64,000 nucleotides of DNA, from contig NC_042998.1 in assembly GCF_006345805.1 (NCBI RefSeq), positions 67,270,001-67,334,000 on the forward strand, in the 5' to 3' direction. The translations under genes and the position numbers were made by a program. The notes beneath the pieces are model-generated. The model worked only from the letters and a program-made list of their open reading frames with translations, made no database searches and was not told the origin of the DNA. Shown piece by piece: positions 15,153 to 29,799 of this stretch. Origin of the DNA: Octopus sinensis. Taxonomy: Eukaryota. Numbering within the stretch: position 1 is the first letter of the stretch; each line of letters opens with the position of its first letter.

Positions 15153-16601
15153 GTCCATTTATCTATCAATCTAAATATAGATTAGATAAACAGTTACACA
15201 TATAAATATATACATACATGCATACAACCCATACAAATTTACATACACACATACATACTTACATATACACAACTCACATACATACATACATACATACATA
15301 CATACATACATACATACATACATACATACATACATACTTACTTACATTAAACCGATGCACGTTTTCTAGTAGAAATTGTACAGTATATATTTCAACATAT
15401 CACTGTGTAAACGTGAAACTGTTCTATGAAGAGTTTAGATTCTGAATCTTATTGACACATTTAGTTTACATGTCTGTTAAATAACAATCATTCCAGATGA
15501 TACCCTCACTTTCTATCTTCCTCTCTCCTTCTCTCTTTCTCCTTCGACATATATATATTATATATATATGCATGCATATGGTATCTTTACAAGTATGTAT
15601 GGATGGATTTGTGTATGAACGTATATATATGAGTAAATAAATATTACACGTGTGCATAAATGTTCTTATTTTGTAATTCTTTTTGTTTTTGGTAACAGCT
15701 TTTGATATTGCAGATTTAATGAAAAATGATATCTTAGTGCACACATCTGCGCAAAGATCAATATTCAAGATGAATATTTGTATTCACATGCATATATTTG
15801 TGTTATGTATGTGTTTACATATAAACATGTGTGTGTCGGCGTGTGTATGTATGTGAATAATTGAGCGTGTGCTTGTGTGTGAGTGTGTGTGTGTATGTAT
15901 GTGTATTTAATTGTGTTTTACAAAGATGATATGTAATATACAAAGGTTAATTTTTAGAATCTCTGGTTGAGGTAGTTGGTAAACGAGGTAAGCCTGTATA
16001 AGTCATACAACAACAACATAGTTGAAACAATGTTTAATTAAATTAGTCATAATTTGAAAATATATATTTACTCTTTACGTAACAACGCTCGTTAGTTCGA
16101 TGTTGAAAGGTGTACCAATGAAAAATCTAGCTTAGAGAAGATATAATGAAACCATGTGGATTTAATTATGTGTGTGTATATATAAATATATATATATTAA
16201 CGTATAAATACATGCGTCTATTATGTATACATACCTATATATATGTGTGTATATGCGTGTGTAAAGATAGAGAGAAAGAGAGTGATTCAGATATACATGC
16301 ATTTATGTGTGTATTGTATGTTTAGGAAAGAATTCCATAGCTGTTTTCATAGCTATATATGATTCCTATTCCTTCATCTACAATCCTGTCATTGACCGAT
16401 TCGATTTATTACCTTTAGTTTATTTTCTTGCTTAATTAGGCAAAAAACTACAGCCTAAAATACTCATAAGGTATTTGTTTTTAATTGTAAAATCGCATTT
16501 GTCTGTTGCTTAAACATTGTCACTTTTGAATACCTATATAATGATGACAAGGAGCAGAACCTGATAACAAGCATTAGTTTTCAACGTAGACATATATTTC
16601 G

Positions 16602-16880
16602 GAGTTACGGAGATGTACTTGCATAGCAAGTGACCTGATCCGAGATCACCTGCTGAAATGAAATCAATTGCAGTGTGGAAGGTGTTTATTAGTTATTTAA
16701 AAACTTACAAAAGATGTTAAATTCGCTTCAACATTTAAATTTAATTTGTCAAAATATTTTCGTTGCTTTGAGACCACGACCTGTTCACTGACAACATTCC
16801 GAGATACAGCACGGAATTTTATCAGTGAACAGGTTGGGGTCTCAAAGCGACGAAAAATATTTTGACAAATTAAATTTAAA
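16602..16880. mobile_element. Short fold-back insertion, probably a Penelope-like terminal repeat, with 11-12 bp TSD
   Basis: Direct repeat ACATATATTTCG at 16590-16601 and 16880-16891. Internal inverted repeat 16734-16801 / 16812-16880 with a 10-nt loop. Confidence 0.8.
16746..16794 (-). ncRNA. Minimal type I hammerhead-ribozyme-like motif (G3-C8 variant)
   Basis: Minus strand: UUGUCA-GUGAACA-G-GUCG-loop-CAAC-GAAA-AUAU-UU-UGACAA. Helix I is 6/6 paired, helix II is 3/4 paired, and helix III is the palindrome AAUAUU. A second, more mutated copy lies on the + strand at about 16819-16868. Confidence 0.55.
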
Positions 16881-19800
16881 CATATATTTCGATTTTATTG
16901 AAATTCATTCTCAATTTCTTGATAATATTCAACTCCTTTTCTTTGAGAGTAGCTAGCACTGTATTTACCTTTCTTTCACGAAGGAAATTTAAATCAATAA
17001 TTATTTTTAGCACTGACAGTGTCACTGGTTATATATATACCGCTTCACCCAAGATATGCTCATCTTGAAAGTTCTCACTTCTAAGTTTTTGTTCAGATCG
17101 ATTAACGTCAGTAACTTTCAGGCTTTTCCCTTTTCTACTCGTTAAAGATCATTTATAAGTTGTCTCTCCCAGGATGTGTCATTTTTTCGTTTGTCATACT
17201 TCTTATACGAGCGCTTGCACGCGCACACAGCTGTCCTCACTCACACAAACACCGACACACATGCACACATTTAAGTTTATGGATAATAGATTCGCGGGGT
17301 CATGTAATTTTTTTGAGAAAAAATTTAGCGCACTATCCAATGTTTTCTTCCATTTAAATAAGGGTACAATATATTTAAGGGAGTTTTGTCTGATACATTT
17401 TGTAAGTGAGACATGGTAATCTGAAGAAGATGGAAAGATGGCAGAACTTCTTGCGCATCAGATGAAATGTTCAGTGGCATTACCACCGTGGTTAACATTG
17501 CTTTTCACCTTGCGGAGTCTATTAAATAACATACCACTCAAACAGTAGATCGATGTAATCGCCTAGCCACTTGGACTTCAAAATAGCTTTGTGCCAAAAC
17601 TGGAAGAAATATTATTATATTTGTAACAAAAAGAAAAGCAGTACAATGGTATAAACCTTATATTTTACCGTTCAATAAAATATTTCAAAGATAGGACAAG
17701 CAGTTACATCGCTCGATCTTTAGACATACGCAATCAAATAGATTACTCTTAATAATCGGAAATTTTGCTGAATTCTTTCATTGAATATTTACCAGTAAGA
17801 AATAATCATTACCTCAAAAGTCTGCTTTCTGCAGTAAAATAGCTTAGGGATAATCGATTATAAAGAAATGAAATATAATGGTTGAGCACTAATAAGAATA
17901 ATTAGTGTTTTGGTCATCAATGATTTTAGCGTCAATTATTAAAAAATAAATCTATATGTTTCGAACTTTGTATTGTTATATACATTTATAAAATATTCAA
18001 GCCCTGGTGTGTCACACAAGCACACAGACATAGATGTTACCTTATGCATATATGTATACACAGTATACATGCGATATACATATATCTTCCCATATATATA
18101 TATATGCATACATATATTTATGTGTATGTGTGCGTGCGTGTGTCTGTATCCTTAAATAAGAATATTGTTTACAGTGACTTCGAAGTCTTGGACATTTCAC
18201 CTATAGTCGGCCGATGATTTAACTGGGCGAAACATCGAAGTCACTCACAGCAATATTCTACAAATGGATAGATTGGCCATTAGCACACACAGACACATTA
18301 GTATACACAAGAAACATTAGCACACACAGACACACCTACACATACATACGTGTATATGTGTTTGTGTGTGTGTGTGTGTGCGTGTGTCTGTGTATCTGCG
18401 TGCGTGTGTATTTAAATGTGACATTAAAGCTGTCCTATTTACTAAATCCCTGTCTGGAAATCACGAATAAATGTACTTTCTAATTTTAGTTTCGTCACAG
18501 TCTTCTTTCATTTACATTAACAAAAATAAATATCTATTTTCCAAATTTAGAAAACCTAAACGTAGATCTAACCATATCTAATGCTTTAAGAAATCTAAAT
18601 ATAGTATCAAATAAATATTGGCCGAGAACGAAGATGATATAACTTTCAACACTGTCTGATAATATTGATTTCAATAAAAAAGAAAATGTGATATACTACA
18701 ACTACACAAAATAGAGACGTATTTTCGATCGATGTTTGAAATTAATTGAATAAAGCTAATAATGGTCTTCGCTCACCATTCCTGTTCGTCGCATCTACTT
18801 CCTTCTTTACGCGACGACTTGTCACTCAAATATATTCTGTGCATTATAATTTTGTGGACAATAGCAAACACAGGGATTGATTTATGCAGTAAATCTTTTG
18901 TATGGAAATCAGTGTAGATTATATACCCCGATATATATCTTTTTTCATAAGGACTGCACTTTTAAGCAAAACGTCAATGAAGATAGATTATATATAAGAT
19001 TTTGTTTGAGGGTCATTAAAATAATGTCTGACATTTTTACATTTTGTAACTGCTAGATATCACGAAATTTATATATACATAAACAGGAATTCTAATATGA
19101 TCTTTATTGTTGAAACAGGTTTGCATGGAATATTTAGCAGAGTAGATCATGTCATTTGAATTTACAATTAATCAGATTCGTGATAGGAATTAATTGTTGA
19201 TATCACAATGTACATGATACGGGATGACTAAGTAAATTTTTTAAAAAACATTCAGATGAGTCGATATAACACCAGAATATACGACCTACAATAGATCTGT
19301 GTCACTTGATAAAAAAATTACCCCTAGGCTTAAATCTCCTATACATGCATTGCTACGGGAAGTTGGCAATCACTGAGATGGGCATGTTTCATAAAAATGA
19401 CGTTTATAAATATCACAGGTATATCTCTGTAAGCTTTTCCTTGGCCTTATTAGTAATATGCTTTGCGCATACTTAACCATTTTGTGTGGAAGATGGTGTT
19501 GGGAAAAATTGTATAAATACTTCGAATGTACACTTAAATGTATACATGCATATGAGCACACACACGCACATACCTACATACATACGTGCATACATACATA
19601 CATGCATACAGGCATACATATATATAATAATTTTTTGCGTAATGAGATAAAAAAGCCAAAGCTCTGTAGATATTGGAAAAATTATAGATAGAAGGTCTTA
19701 CAGCTGTTTCTAGTTAGTTTAGATAGGGTACAAAACAGAGAGTGAGGTGGAACTTAACTATGGTCTTTCTATAGCACTTATTCAGCATTACCTGACACCT

Positions 19801-20032
19801 CTGTGTTTCAATGAGACCATTACCTCTTACACATACATACACACACACGCACACACACACTCGCATACACACATATATATGTGCATGTATGTATATACAC
19901 ATGGTTAGAGAAATGTTTGTGAATGTATATATACGAACGAAAATATTCATGTTATAAAACAAGTTTAAGAATTACAAGAAATATTCGAAATTTGGGCTGA
20001 CTGACGTTTTAATATCATTACTATCATACTAT

Positions 20033-20076
<44 letters not shown>

Positions 20077-20794
20077 CATACGTATATATATTCGATATCA
20101 ATATTTTATATATAATATGCATAGACTGAATGGAATTTATAAAACTTTAATGCATCGTTATGCGCGTTTCAACAAATCTCATGTCATTTAAGATCCCAGT
20201 CCTTATCCCTGGGTTGATTAGAGTGCAGTCCGTAGTATCCTTGGCTATCGGGCTGATCATCTTCATGACTCCATTTCTTCAGGCGATATCACATTGATGG
20301 ATATACTACAGAGTATGAAGGTTCCACTTAACGAACTGTTCTGTAATCATCCCAGAAATACGTACTGTGATCTTAAGAGACACGTGACATGTGGAAAAAC
20401 GCGGCGTGGTGCAATAAACGTTTATAAATCCCATCCAATAATTCTTGCTTTTATTATTATAATTATCCTACATTGTATCGGTACAAGTCGATGCAACCCT
20501 GAAAAACTGGTTCACCTGTCAGCATCATTATATTGCAGCCAGCTTAATAGAACTGGAACTTTATTTGCTTATTCAAAACGTTTGAAGATAATTTCGTTAC
20601 GGGCTAATATCATACTTGGTGCCTACGATCCTCCAGTATTCATATATGTTTTACTGGTATGAAGGAGCTAATTAAGCTTAATGATATATTTTCAGTTGAA
20701 ACGCCTTTTAACTATTTTTTTACTTTGCAATCTCATTCTGCTATCGACCCTCATGTTTAATGGATTATAGCACCACGAACTTTAAGTTACTTAA

Positions 20795-21443
<649 letters not shown>

Positions 21444-22894
21444 TTATATTACAGATAAATTTCCAAATTTTGATTCGTAAGTTATAGAAGTAAGTACCGT
21501 AGTCGCATTTCCATAGACATACTTAAGTTAACCTGATATTAAGCCTTAATACTATCACTCACCTTTTAAGGATGGTCTGTCTCTAGACTGCTAAAATTCC
21601 TTGGACAGCTAGTTATTTTGTTTCTAACCAGTAGACTTGAAAATTTCAGGATCTAGGCTATTTTGCGAGCAATAACAGCACCACATGTATTTCTTGTGGA
21701 CATGTAATTAAGTTAGATTATATCTGAACGATGCCGTTAAGTTCAAACAATAAGATGCGGCAACTAACAATAAGTGCACGTGAAGATACAAATTTTGTAG
21801 AGTGCATTCGTTAAATGCTACAGGAACATGTGTAGGAGCAGAAACGAAAAGAAGTAATGGACTGTTGAATAAAACTGGATATAAATCTTTATTCTCCTTT
21901 ATTATAAGTTCATCATTTATATATATATGAGGATGGGAAGCAGGTATGCATGTATGTATATTACGAACGTCTTTGCTGAATGCTGTAGCCAAAACACCGA
22001 CGAAAAATTGTTATAAGAGCAAAGTGTTTTACACTGAGTGACAGACGAACTCTTCTCATTTTCAATGATCCTGAGCATGTATTCAGCAATTGTGATATGG
22101 CATAAATAGTACAGAAATGCATATTATAGACATGTCATGATATATCTCACCTTTTAATCACCCATGTAAATTTATATAAACATAGTGATATTATGAGTGG
22201 GGTGCTTTAAATCAAAGTATATTTATGAATGTTAGTACTAAACTGGATAACGCCATGCTAGTTTCACTGAATTTTATGTGTTGAAATCAACTGTTTCTTA
22301 CATACATGATTATATGTTATCACGGAAATGGTGAATTAAAAATTTATATTCGCATTTGTCGCAAAGGGGCGTAGCTAAATACGAGTAATGTGTCCGTCGT
22401 TTTATAGTTTCTTCGAATCCACATGATTATTAGAGCTTCAGGTACATAATTATTAACGGTATACTTTCTACAGTGAAATGCATTCTAACAACTAATGACT
22501 ATTATAACTGAGAATTGTAAAGTATCGTATATATGTGAATGATTAATAACTGTTTACAAGTGTCAGTGTCCGGCTGAAGAATCTTTTAAATGTTCAGACA
22601 TAGTATAATAGGAATGAAAAGAGTTTACTAAAACTTCAAACACTAAATTAGATCCAGGCTGCTCTGAAATTAGAGAATATAGGAAACACACACCCATAAA
22701 AATCCTTTGTCATGGTTGAAGCTTGTAAGGTAAAATAAGTAAACAAAGGCAAAAATCTTGTTATGAAGACATCAGAAGCATCAGGCTAAGGACTAAATTC
22801 AATACGATAAATACAATGTTAAGTATAACTAGAACAAGCTTCAAACTAATCTTATGACTGACCTCGATATTAGATATATAATGAAGACGTTGAG

Positions 22895-23070
22895 CTGACA
22901 GAATCATTACCACCCCGGACTATATGCTAATTACATTTCTTCCGGTTTTGCGTCCGGAGTCCAAATGCAGGAGAAGTTGATTTTGACTTTCATAATCTCG
23001 AGGGTCGATAAAATAAGTACTTAACATCTTCCAGGATATAGCTGGTATCGTGCTTAAATTTTAAGCCAAT
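22895..23070 (+). mobile_element. Heavily diverged SINE family B
   Basis: gagtccaaat...ttgattttgactttcat...gggtcgataaaataagtac. Confidence 0.55.
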
Positions 23071-23660
23071 ATAACGAATATGACGCTACACATAAATGCA
23101 AACCTCATATATAGGTGTGTGTGCAATCATATTTAACACGTTTGCGTACACTCGGATATGAAAAAATGATAAGCTGCAGAAATTGTCTCAATAGAAGACA
23201 ATGTTATAGATGATATTTTTGAAAACACACCACTGTTCCACTAATAAAGTCATCGGAGCATAAAATCCATGTGTTTCTGCGTCGTTATGCTTCATCGAGT
23301 TCTAATATCGAGCCATCGTTCATGACCTATAAAACCACGTCGTTCTTATATGAGAACAGCAAAAAATATTTCTGATAATGTCAACAAAGTATTGTCAAGC
23401 TGAAATTTACTTAACTGAGGTCGTTAAGAAAGTGTTAAATAGGATTTTACGCGTTAATAATTCATATAAAACTGCGTAGAATGCATGTAATGAATTAAAC
23501 CACAAAACCAATTATAAGACGGAATTCATTCATCGTTAGAAGGAAAACGCTAGATATACATACAAGACCTCACCTACTAAATTTAATAAGATATGTAAAA
23601 TGCTAAGCATAAATACAAGCCTAACTAATTTTAATTTGAACTCAATATGAGACAGAGAAA

Positions 23661-23872
23661 GGCGGCGAGCTCGCAGAAATGTGAGCACACAGGACGAAAA
23701 GCTTACCAGTATTTCGTCTATCTTTACGTTCTGAGTTCAAATTCCGCAGAGGACGAGTTTGCCTTTCATTTTTTCGGGGTCGATAAATTAAGTACCAGTT
23801 GCGTACTGGGTCGATCTAATCGACTGGCCCCAATCCCCCAAAATTTCGGGCATTGTGCCCAGAGTAGAAAAG
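23661..23872 (+). mobile_element. Full-length tRNA-derived SINE, family B, with TSD
   Basis: B-box-like GAGTTCAAATTCC. Flanking direct repeat AATATGAGACAGAGAAAG at 23644-23661 and 23873-23890. Confidence 0.92.
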
Positions 23873-24544
23873 AATATGAGACAGAGAAAGTACGTTAGGT
23901 ATACATAGTAATTGCTATATCTTCAACGTAAATTGTAAGTGAAGTAAAGAGTGTAGAGAAGCAGGTAAAGTATATGTTAACAGCCGTTTGAATCTACCTT
24001 CCAACATTTTTTGTAAATAGCCCATATATGAGGGGACAATCTACTAAGGTCCTTCTACTGCAAGAACCTAATCTACTTCTAATCAAATCCTAAATTTGGA
24101 AAAAAAGTTGACACATCCGATAATGTGACATTAGAATCGACTGTTTTCAGCAGATCGCTTTGGTTATAGACTTGCTCAGTCAGGGTTCATCCATTCTCCA
24201 AAGCAATAACAACAGAGACAGTGCAGCTTCATACAAAATACAACTAGCCTGAGGAGTAAAAAATTAAAAAAAGAAGCTAAACGGAATCTAATTTCGGTCG
24301 ATTATAGATCAAGAAGACTGGAATAAGCTCCGGATTAATGAGTTTGTAGATTCGTGACAAGACTATGAAAGCATATAGACATATATTTCATGTCATCGGT
24401 GTTTGTTTTTTCTATAAATTTGATTTATATTTAATCATCCGCTTTTCTTTCTAAACACACACAATCTATGTCTGCCTTCCTTACTACTTGTCTCCACATT
24501 TGTCATCCTCCTGGCTAAAAGAAGAAAATATTATTGTTGTTATA

Positions 24545-24720
24545 AGGGTAAGGAAGCAGGTAGAACAGTTACCGCGCCGGGCAAAATGCTTTTTTTCTTC
24601 CAGTTTTAGATTTGGAGTTCAAATGCTGCAAGGTCGACTTTCCTTTTCATCCTTTCGGAGTACTTAAGATCAAATATACCCTAGGTTAAAAGCCTACACT
24701 TGCGATCAACTATCTCCTAC
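24545..24720 (+). mobile_element. Diverged SINE family B
   Basis: gagttcaaatgctgcaaggtcgactttccttttcatcctttcggag. Confidence 0.6.
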
Positions 24721-25067
24721 CCTAAAATCTGCAGAGTGTTTTGCTTAGATTACAAACCATTATTCATTCCCCTTTCCTGGTGTTCTATAGTCATTATTTA
24801 GCGGCGAAAATGTATGAGTGTAAGGGCCTGATCTGTGCATGTGTCTGAAGATTGTAAAATGATTTAATGTTCCATGTAACTGCAGTTATTTTGTGGTTTA
24901 AAACTGGCTTAGAAGCTCTCTCTGCTTTGAGGATTTATAAAAAGAATAGTTTTACTCTTTTCCTCATTCACACATTTGATTTTTGTCATGTAATCTCGCT
25001 CTGTATTGTTCTGTACTGTAATAGATCTTTTTTATCATTCCTTGTGGTTAATAATAACTGTATCCTT

Positions 25068-25090
25068 ATTATTATTATTATTATTATTAC

Positions 25091-25135
<45 letters not shown>

Positions 25136-25190
25136 TACTACTACTACTACTACTACTACTATTATTATTATCATTATTATTATTATTGCT
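25068..25190 (+). repeat. (ATT)n/(ACT)n microsatellite
   Basis: Direct reading. Confidence 0.96.
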
Positions 25191-26569
25191 GTTATGGTAA
25201 TTGCTTTCAAATCGTAAATGTTGAGACGGGAAGACCTGTCAACTGAAGTGAATCCAATAATTGATTTGTACATATGTTATCGTTCTCATATGGATGAGAG
25301 TACCATACATTGCATCTTAACTCGGACTGATTCGTATACATGAATAAATAACGTAAGCATAATACCAACCAGACTCTATTACTGCTTCAAAGAAACTAAA
25401 TGAATTCCTCAAACTGTGATTTAATAACAAACCAATTCTAATACCTTACGCCAAGTGTTAAAGTGTACGAGAGATCATTTTTCAAACTGTGTATTGTTAT
25501 CTTTGATAGATGTTGTGGTAATTGCTTTCCAAGCTAGTTTACTGAAACCTATGATCAGATTGAATTTTATTTCTTTGTCGTCAAGAGCATACATTAGCAT
25601 CTTGAAGCAGAATATATACTTTCCAGACGTCTTCTCTGCTACTAATGCAAATTCTTAAGATCGCAGCTGGATATTTCGGTTATAAATTCCAAGAATGTTA
25701 CCGAGTGTAAATATGAAATGTTATTCTATTGTCGTTGTTAAATTGTTTTCCATTGCCTGCGAGAGTATTAAGAATATGCACGACGCAATATTTCTCTCTG
25801 TAGTATGGTGGCGGAGTGGTTAAGCTAAGTTGTGTTATATCATAGGTCAGAACGAAGGTTTCGAAAATTCATTGTCAAAGATTTTTCAGGTAATTCTTCT
25901 TTGAATTTAAATAGTCCGTCATCACTTATATATATTATGTGCCCTATATAGAGCAGCCGATTAGTAACAGCATACGTTTTACTCTAAGGTTTCTGCCCCA
26001 ATATCTGTCTTAAAATTATAATATATGTTAAGCAGTGCATCAGACTCCAAAATATCTTTGAATTTATCCTGCATTGCCAGAACTCATCTTAGCCTTGGCT
26101 CCCGACACGGATCAACTTGGAATATTGTCGTTGCACGCTGACATGCAGAAACAGAAATCAGTCTAATCTATTCTACCACCACCGGCTGCCTTAAAGGAAA
26201 GAAACATTGGATAATGTGCTTTAGGGTGCATGTGGATTGAGATTTTTAAAAAAATGGAGAGATTATGAATCCCTGATAGTCCGGTGTTGGGAGAATTATA
26301 GATAACTTCGAATTATATCATACAACCAACATAATTTAACCTATGCTCCGAAATCACTACATGTCACAAAATTTTTAGGCGCGGAAGATCGGTGCCACAA
26401 TCCACTCCTAACTATAATGTAGTTAGACAATCTTCAACATACTAGATTAGCTGGTAAGCAAAGTGTGCGCGCATTATATAAAATATCACAGAAAACGTAA
26501 TCGGCAGTTTGTTGATTATACACATTAGGGCTCGTTTAATTTGACGTGTAAATAGGAATGTAAGCTCAT

Positions 26570-26705
26570 GTATTCCGCCGAAGTCGAAATTACTTTTCAT
26601 TCCTTCGGGGTCGATGAAATAAGTACCAGTTACGCACTTGGGTTGGTGTAATCAACTAGCCCGCACCACCAAAACTTTAGGCCTTGTGCCAATAGCAGAA
26701 GGGAT
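26570..26705 (+). mobile_element. 3' half of SINE family B
   Basis: ttccgccgaagtcgaa...ttcattccttcggggtcgatgaaataagtaccagt...ggccttgtgcc. Confidence 0.75.
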
Positions 26706-26709
26706 TATC

Positions 26710-27889
26710 ATTATAAGTTTTATTAATATATAAAAAGCTACAGCTTATTTTGCTGGGTGTGATGGAAAGTGTAAGTTGTCCACACACAGCCAGTAGACCA
26801 AAGTGACACTTGTTTACTGATCATGATTCAAGAACGCAGTGAGGAATCTTTGTAATCCCAAGCAATGCTAGCTTTTGTAGGTGTTCTACCTTCACACGTT
26901 CACCGGTCTTTTTCAGCCATGTTGGTAGTTGAGTGCTGATACTTCCAAGGGCACCGATTACTATTGGTATCATGTCTGCTTTCTTCATTGACCACAACCT
27001 TCGTATTTCCTACTTTAAATCGTCGTAGTTGTTTATTTCATCTTCTTTCACATTGATCCTGTTGTTTCCACAACAGAGTCCAGTTTCCGATGTCTGGTCG
27101 GGTGATCACACTGAATCATTGCATCCCATAGGATTTTGCAAATTTTCATTTTCGGTTATTCCTTCTGGAGTTTTCTCATACCACGTCTTTGCTCTTTGTA
27201 GGCCGTGATTTCTACAGAGCTCCCAATGGATCATTTTTGCCATATTGCCAGGCTGTCGTTCGTATTATCATTGTGCCAATTTCGGGCATTCGCTAACGAT
27301 GTTTTACCCTTCTCACCATATATTCTGCATTTGTCGCTATCAGTAGTGTTGTCTATTCTGCACTTCATATAGCTGGTCCTTAACGCTTGTTTCTGAGTTG
27401 GGCATATGAGTGCTTCTGTCTCAATCTTCAGATTACTTCTCCTCATCAATAGCCACCGGTCCTCTGTAACTGTCTTGGCGTCACATCTCTTGCAAACTGA
27501 CCGTATATTGTCTTTTCCTTCTATGCTTTTTCTTTTGTTCATTTCTCGTTTAAATTTATCTTTAGTTACACAATTTTCAGTTTTGATGACACCGGCCTTC
27601 TTGGTGTGTTTCAACAGTGGCTCCACAGCATTTTTTATATACCACCCTAGGCTGCGTTCCTCTGCTTCGATACAGTCCTGGCAATTGATCAAATCTTTCT
27701 TCTGGACAAGTACAACCTATCGGTGCCACACTTAGGCTGGACGGCGCCATGTACATTTAACATTTTTTTTTTGGTCTTGTTATCCATTTTCTTCATTTCT
27801 CTATTTTGTCATTTTGTAATTCCCGCTCCATACCGAAGTGATGCTATCGCCCACGTATTAACTGCTTGGCTTTTATTCCATCCAGTCAA

Positions 27890-27890
<1 letters not shown>
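26710..27890 (-). mobile_element. 5'-truncated R4/Dong-type non-LTR retrotransposon (RT thumb, zinc-knuckle region, RLE)
   Basis: Minus-strand frames read NKSQAVNTWAIASLRYGAG, HGAVQPKCGTDRLYLSR, ETEALIC..Q.QALRT..MKCRID..DSDKCR, then an RKPD-type RLE region and an HLQKLAL C-terminus, with stops and frameshifts. The 5' end abuts (ATC)/(ATT)n. Confidence 0.88.
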
Positions 27891-27892
<2 letters not shown>

Positions 27893-27946
<54 letters not shown>

Positions 27947-27952
27947 TATTAC

Positions 27953-28007
<55 letters not shown>

Positions 28008-28046
28008 ATACATGTATGCATGCCCATACACCCACACACCCACATA

Positions 28047-28085
<39 letters not shown>
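27893..28085 (+). repeat. (ATC)n/(ATT)n then (TA)n microsatellites
   Basis: Direct reading. Confidence 0.95.
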
Positions 28086-28089
<4 letters not shown>

Positions 28090-28745
28090 CCAAATGAATG
28101 CATGTGTGTATGCATGTATATATAAAGGAAAGAGTGACGGTAGGGCGGGAGAGACATTTTAATAAAAATAAAACATAGCTGAAATGATGAGGATACTAGA
28201 GGAGTAAAGGAAATGTTTGTGGTTAAGAAATAATATATGTGATGTACAATACACAAAGAATATTCGATTAGAATGGTAGCACACATTGTATAGATTTTGC
28301 AGTCGATTTTTGCAGTTTGTTAATATTCTTAAGCGCTTCAGGTTGTATAGTGATCAATACTGGAAAAGCTCAATAGATTTCTTATTGTTTAAAACCTATT
28401 AGTGCTATTGATTTCATTGTTTCAATTGTTATTAGTTTTACAACTGCGGTTGCTCATAGTTTTTATATGATTTTTTTTCTTTTGTTTTGATTTTATTTCA
28501 TAACGAAGCGATTGTGAAGAATATAGTGATGTGAATAATGAGCATAAGATTAATTATGACGATGATGAACATATGTATTTACATACGTGTTCTTAATTCA
28601 ATTACATATACATATAATTATAAATATGAATAATCACACACATACACAGAGCCGTACCCACTCACATGCATAAACATACCTACATGCATTCATAAATGTA
28701 TATATGTAAATATGTATATAGTCTACACATATATACACCCACATG

Positions 28746-28791
<46 letters not shown>

Positions 28792-28984
28792 TACATACTC
28801 GCATACATACATGCATGCATACGTACATCAATAACGTCATTGACGTCATTTTTGCGGATGTCTCTAAGTATCTGAAGGTTATCGTCAAAGTAGGAAAGTA
28901 GCTAATCTTCAATCGGATCTGCTCGTAGGAATTCAATGAGCATTAAAACACAATATACAGCTAAACAATTGTAAATTTAATTAA

Positions 28985-29670
28985 TCCACCTCAGTAAAGA
29001 TGCTGCAGCTAAACTACAATACGTTCTTCCCGCGGGAGAAAACCTCGTAACAACAGACTCCGCAAGGGTCCTTGGAGTAACAGTCAACAACTTAAGTTGG
29101 TGTACCCATATAAACAAGATAATGAACATGGCTCGCATGGGATGCTTTGGATGCTCAGGACTACCCGGTCTAGAGACGTTCCTACTATGAAACTTCTCTG
29201 CTGTACCTCCACCCGCCTCACCTTGAATACTGTTCTCGAAGCAAAAGAGGGAGATTGAAGCACAGCGGAGTCCAATCATAGAAAGAAAATTAGATGACAT
29301 AAGGACTCTTGGTTATTGGAGTCGGCTGGAAACAATAAAACTATATTTCTTCCCACGCTGCCGTGAACACTATATCCTTTGTCTGATATGGAAAATATCA
29401 ATTGCGCAGATGTTGTTGGCATCAACTTTAAAATTCACTCTAGCCTTGCTCCCCTGGTATCCACCCTCTACAAAAATCATGCTCACCACACATCACAAAA
29501 CTAACAGAGAACTATTTTACACTAATTTTCTCTGCGCTCTTTAAAATCATTCCAAGACACATAAGAGGTGAAAATGATCTTAAAACATTCATTCAAAACA
29601 AATTCCAGATAGATCACATACACCGGATACATATCTGCAAAAAATAACTCATTACTTCAATGGGCTATGA
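28985..29670 (+). mobile_element. Decayed CR1-type LINE 3' fragment
   Basis: Reads YVLPAGENLVTTDSARVLGVTVNNLSWCTHINKIMNMA, then remnants such as PHLEYCS and IIPRHIRGENDLKTF, typical of the CR1/L2 RT C-terminus. Confidence 0.7.
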
Positions 29671-29799
29671 CACCCACGAATAACTGTATTATATAAACAT
29701 CATTAAATATATGTTCCAGTGGTTAGTCATTTCCTGTGCCAATTCTGGCAAAACTTAACTAAATATTTAAGCATCTATACGTGTATGTGCGTGTATGTT

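Noticed and set aside
25800-25870. tRNA-like A-box GGTGGCGGAGTGGTTAAG with a loose B-box
   Set aside because: No cloverleaf can be built. At best a decayed SINE head or tRNA pseudogene.
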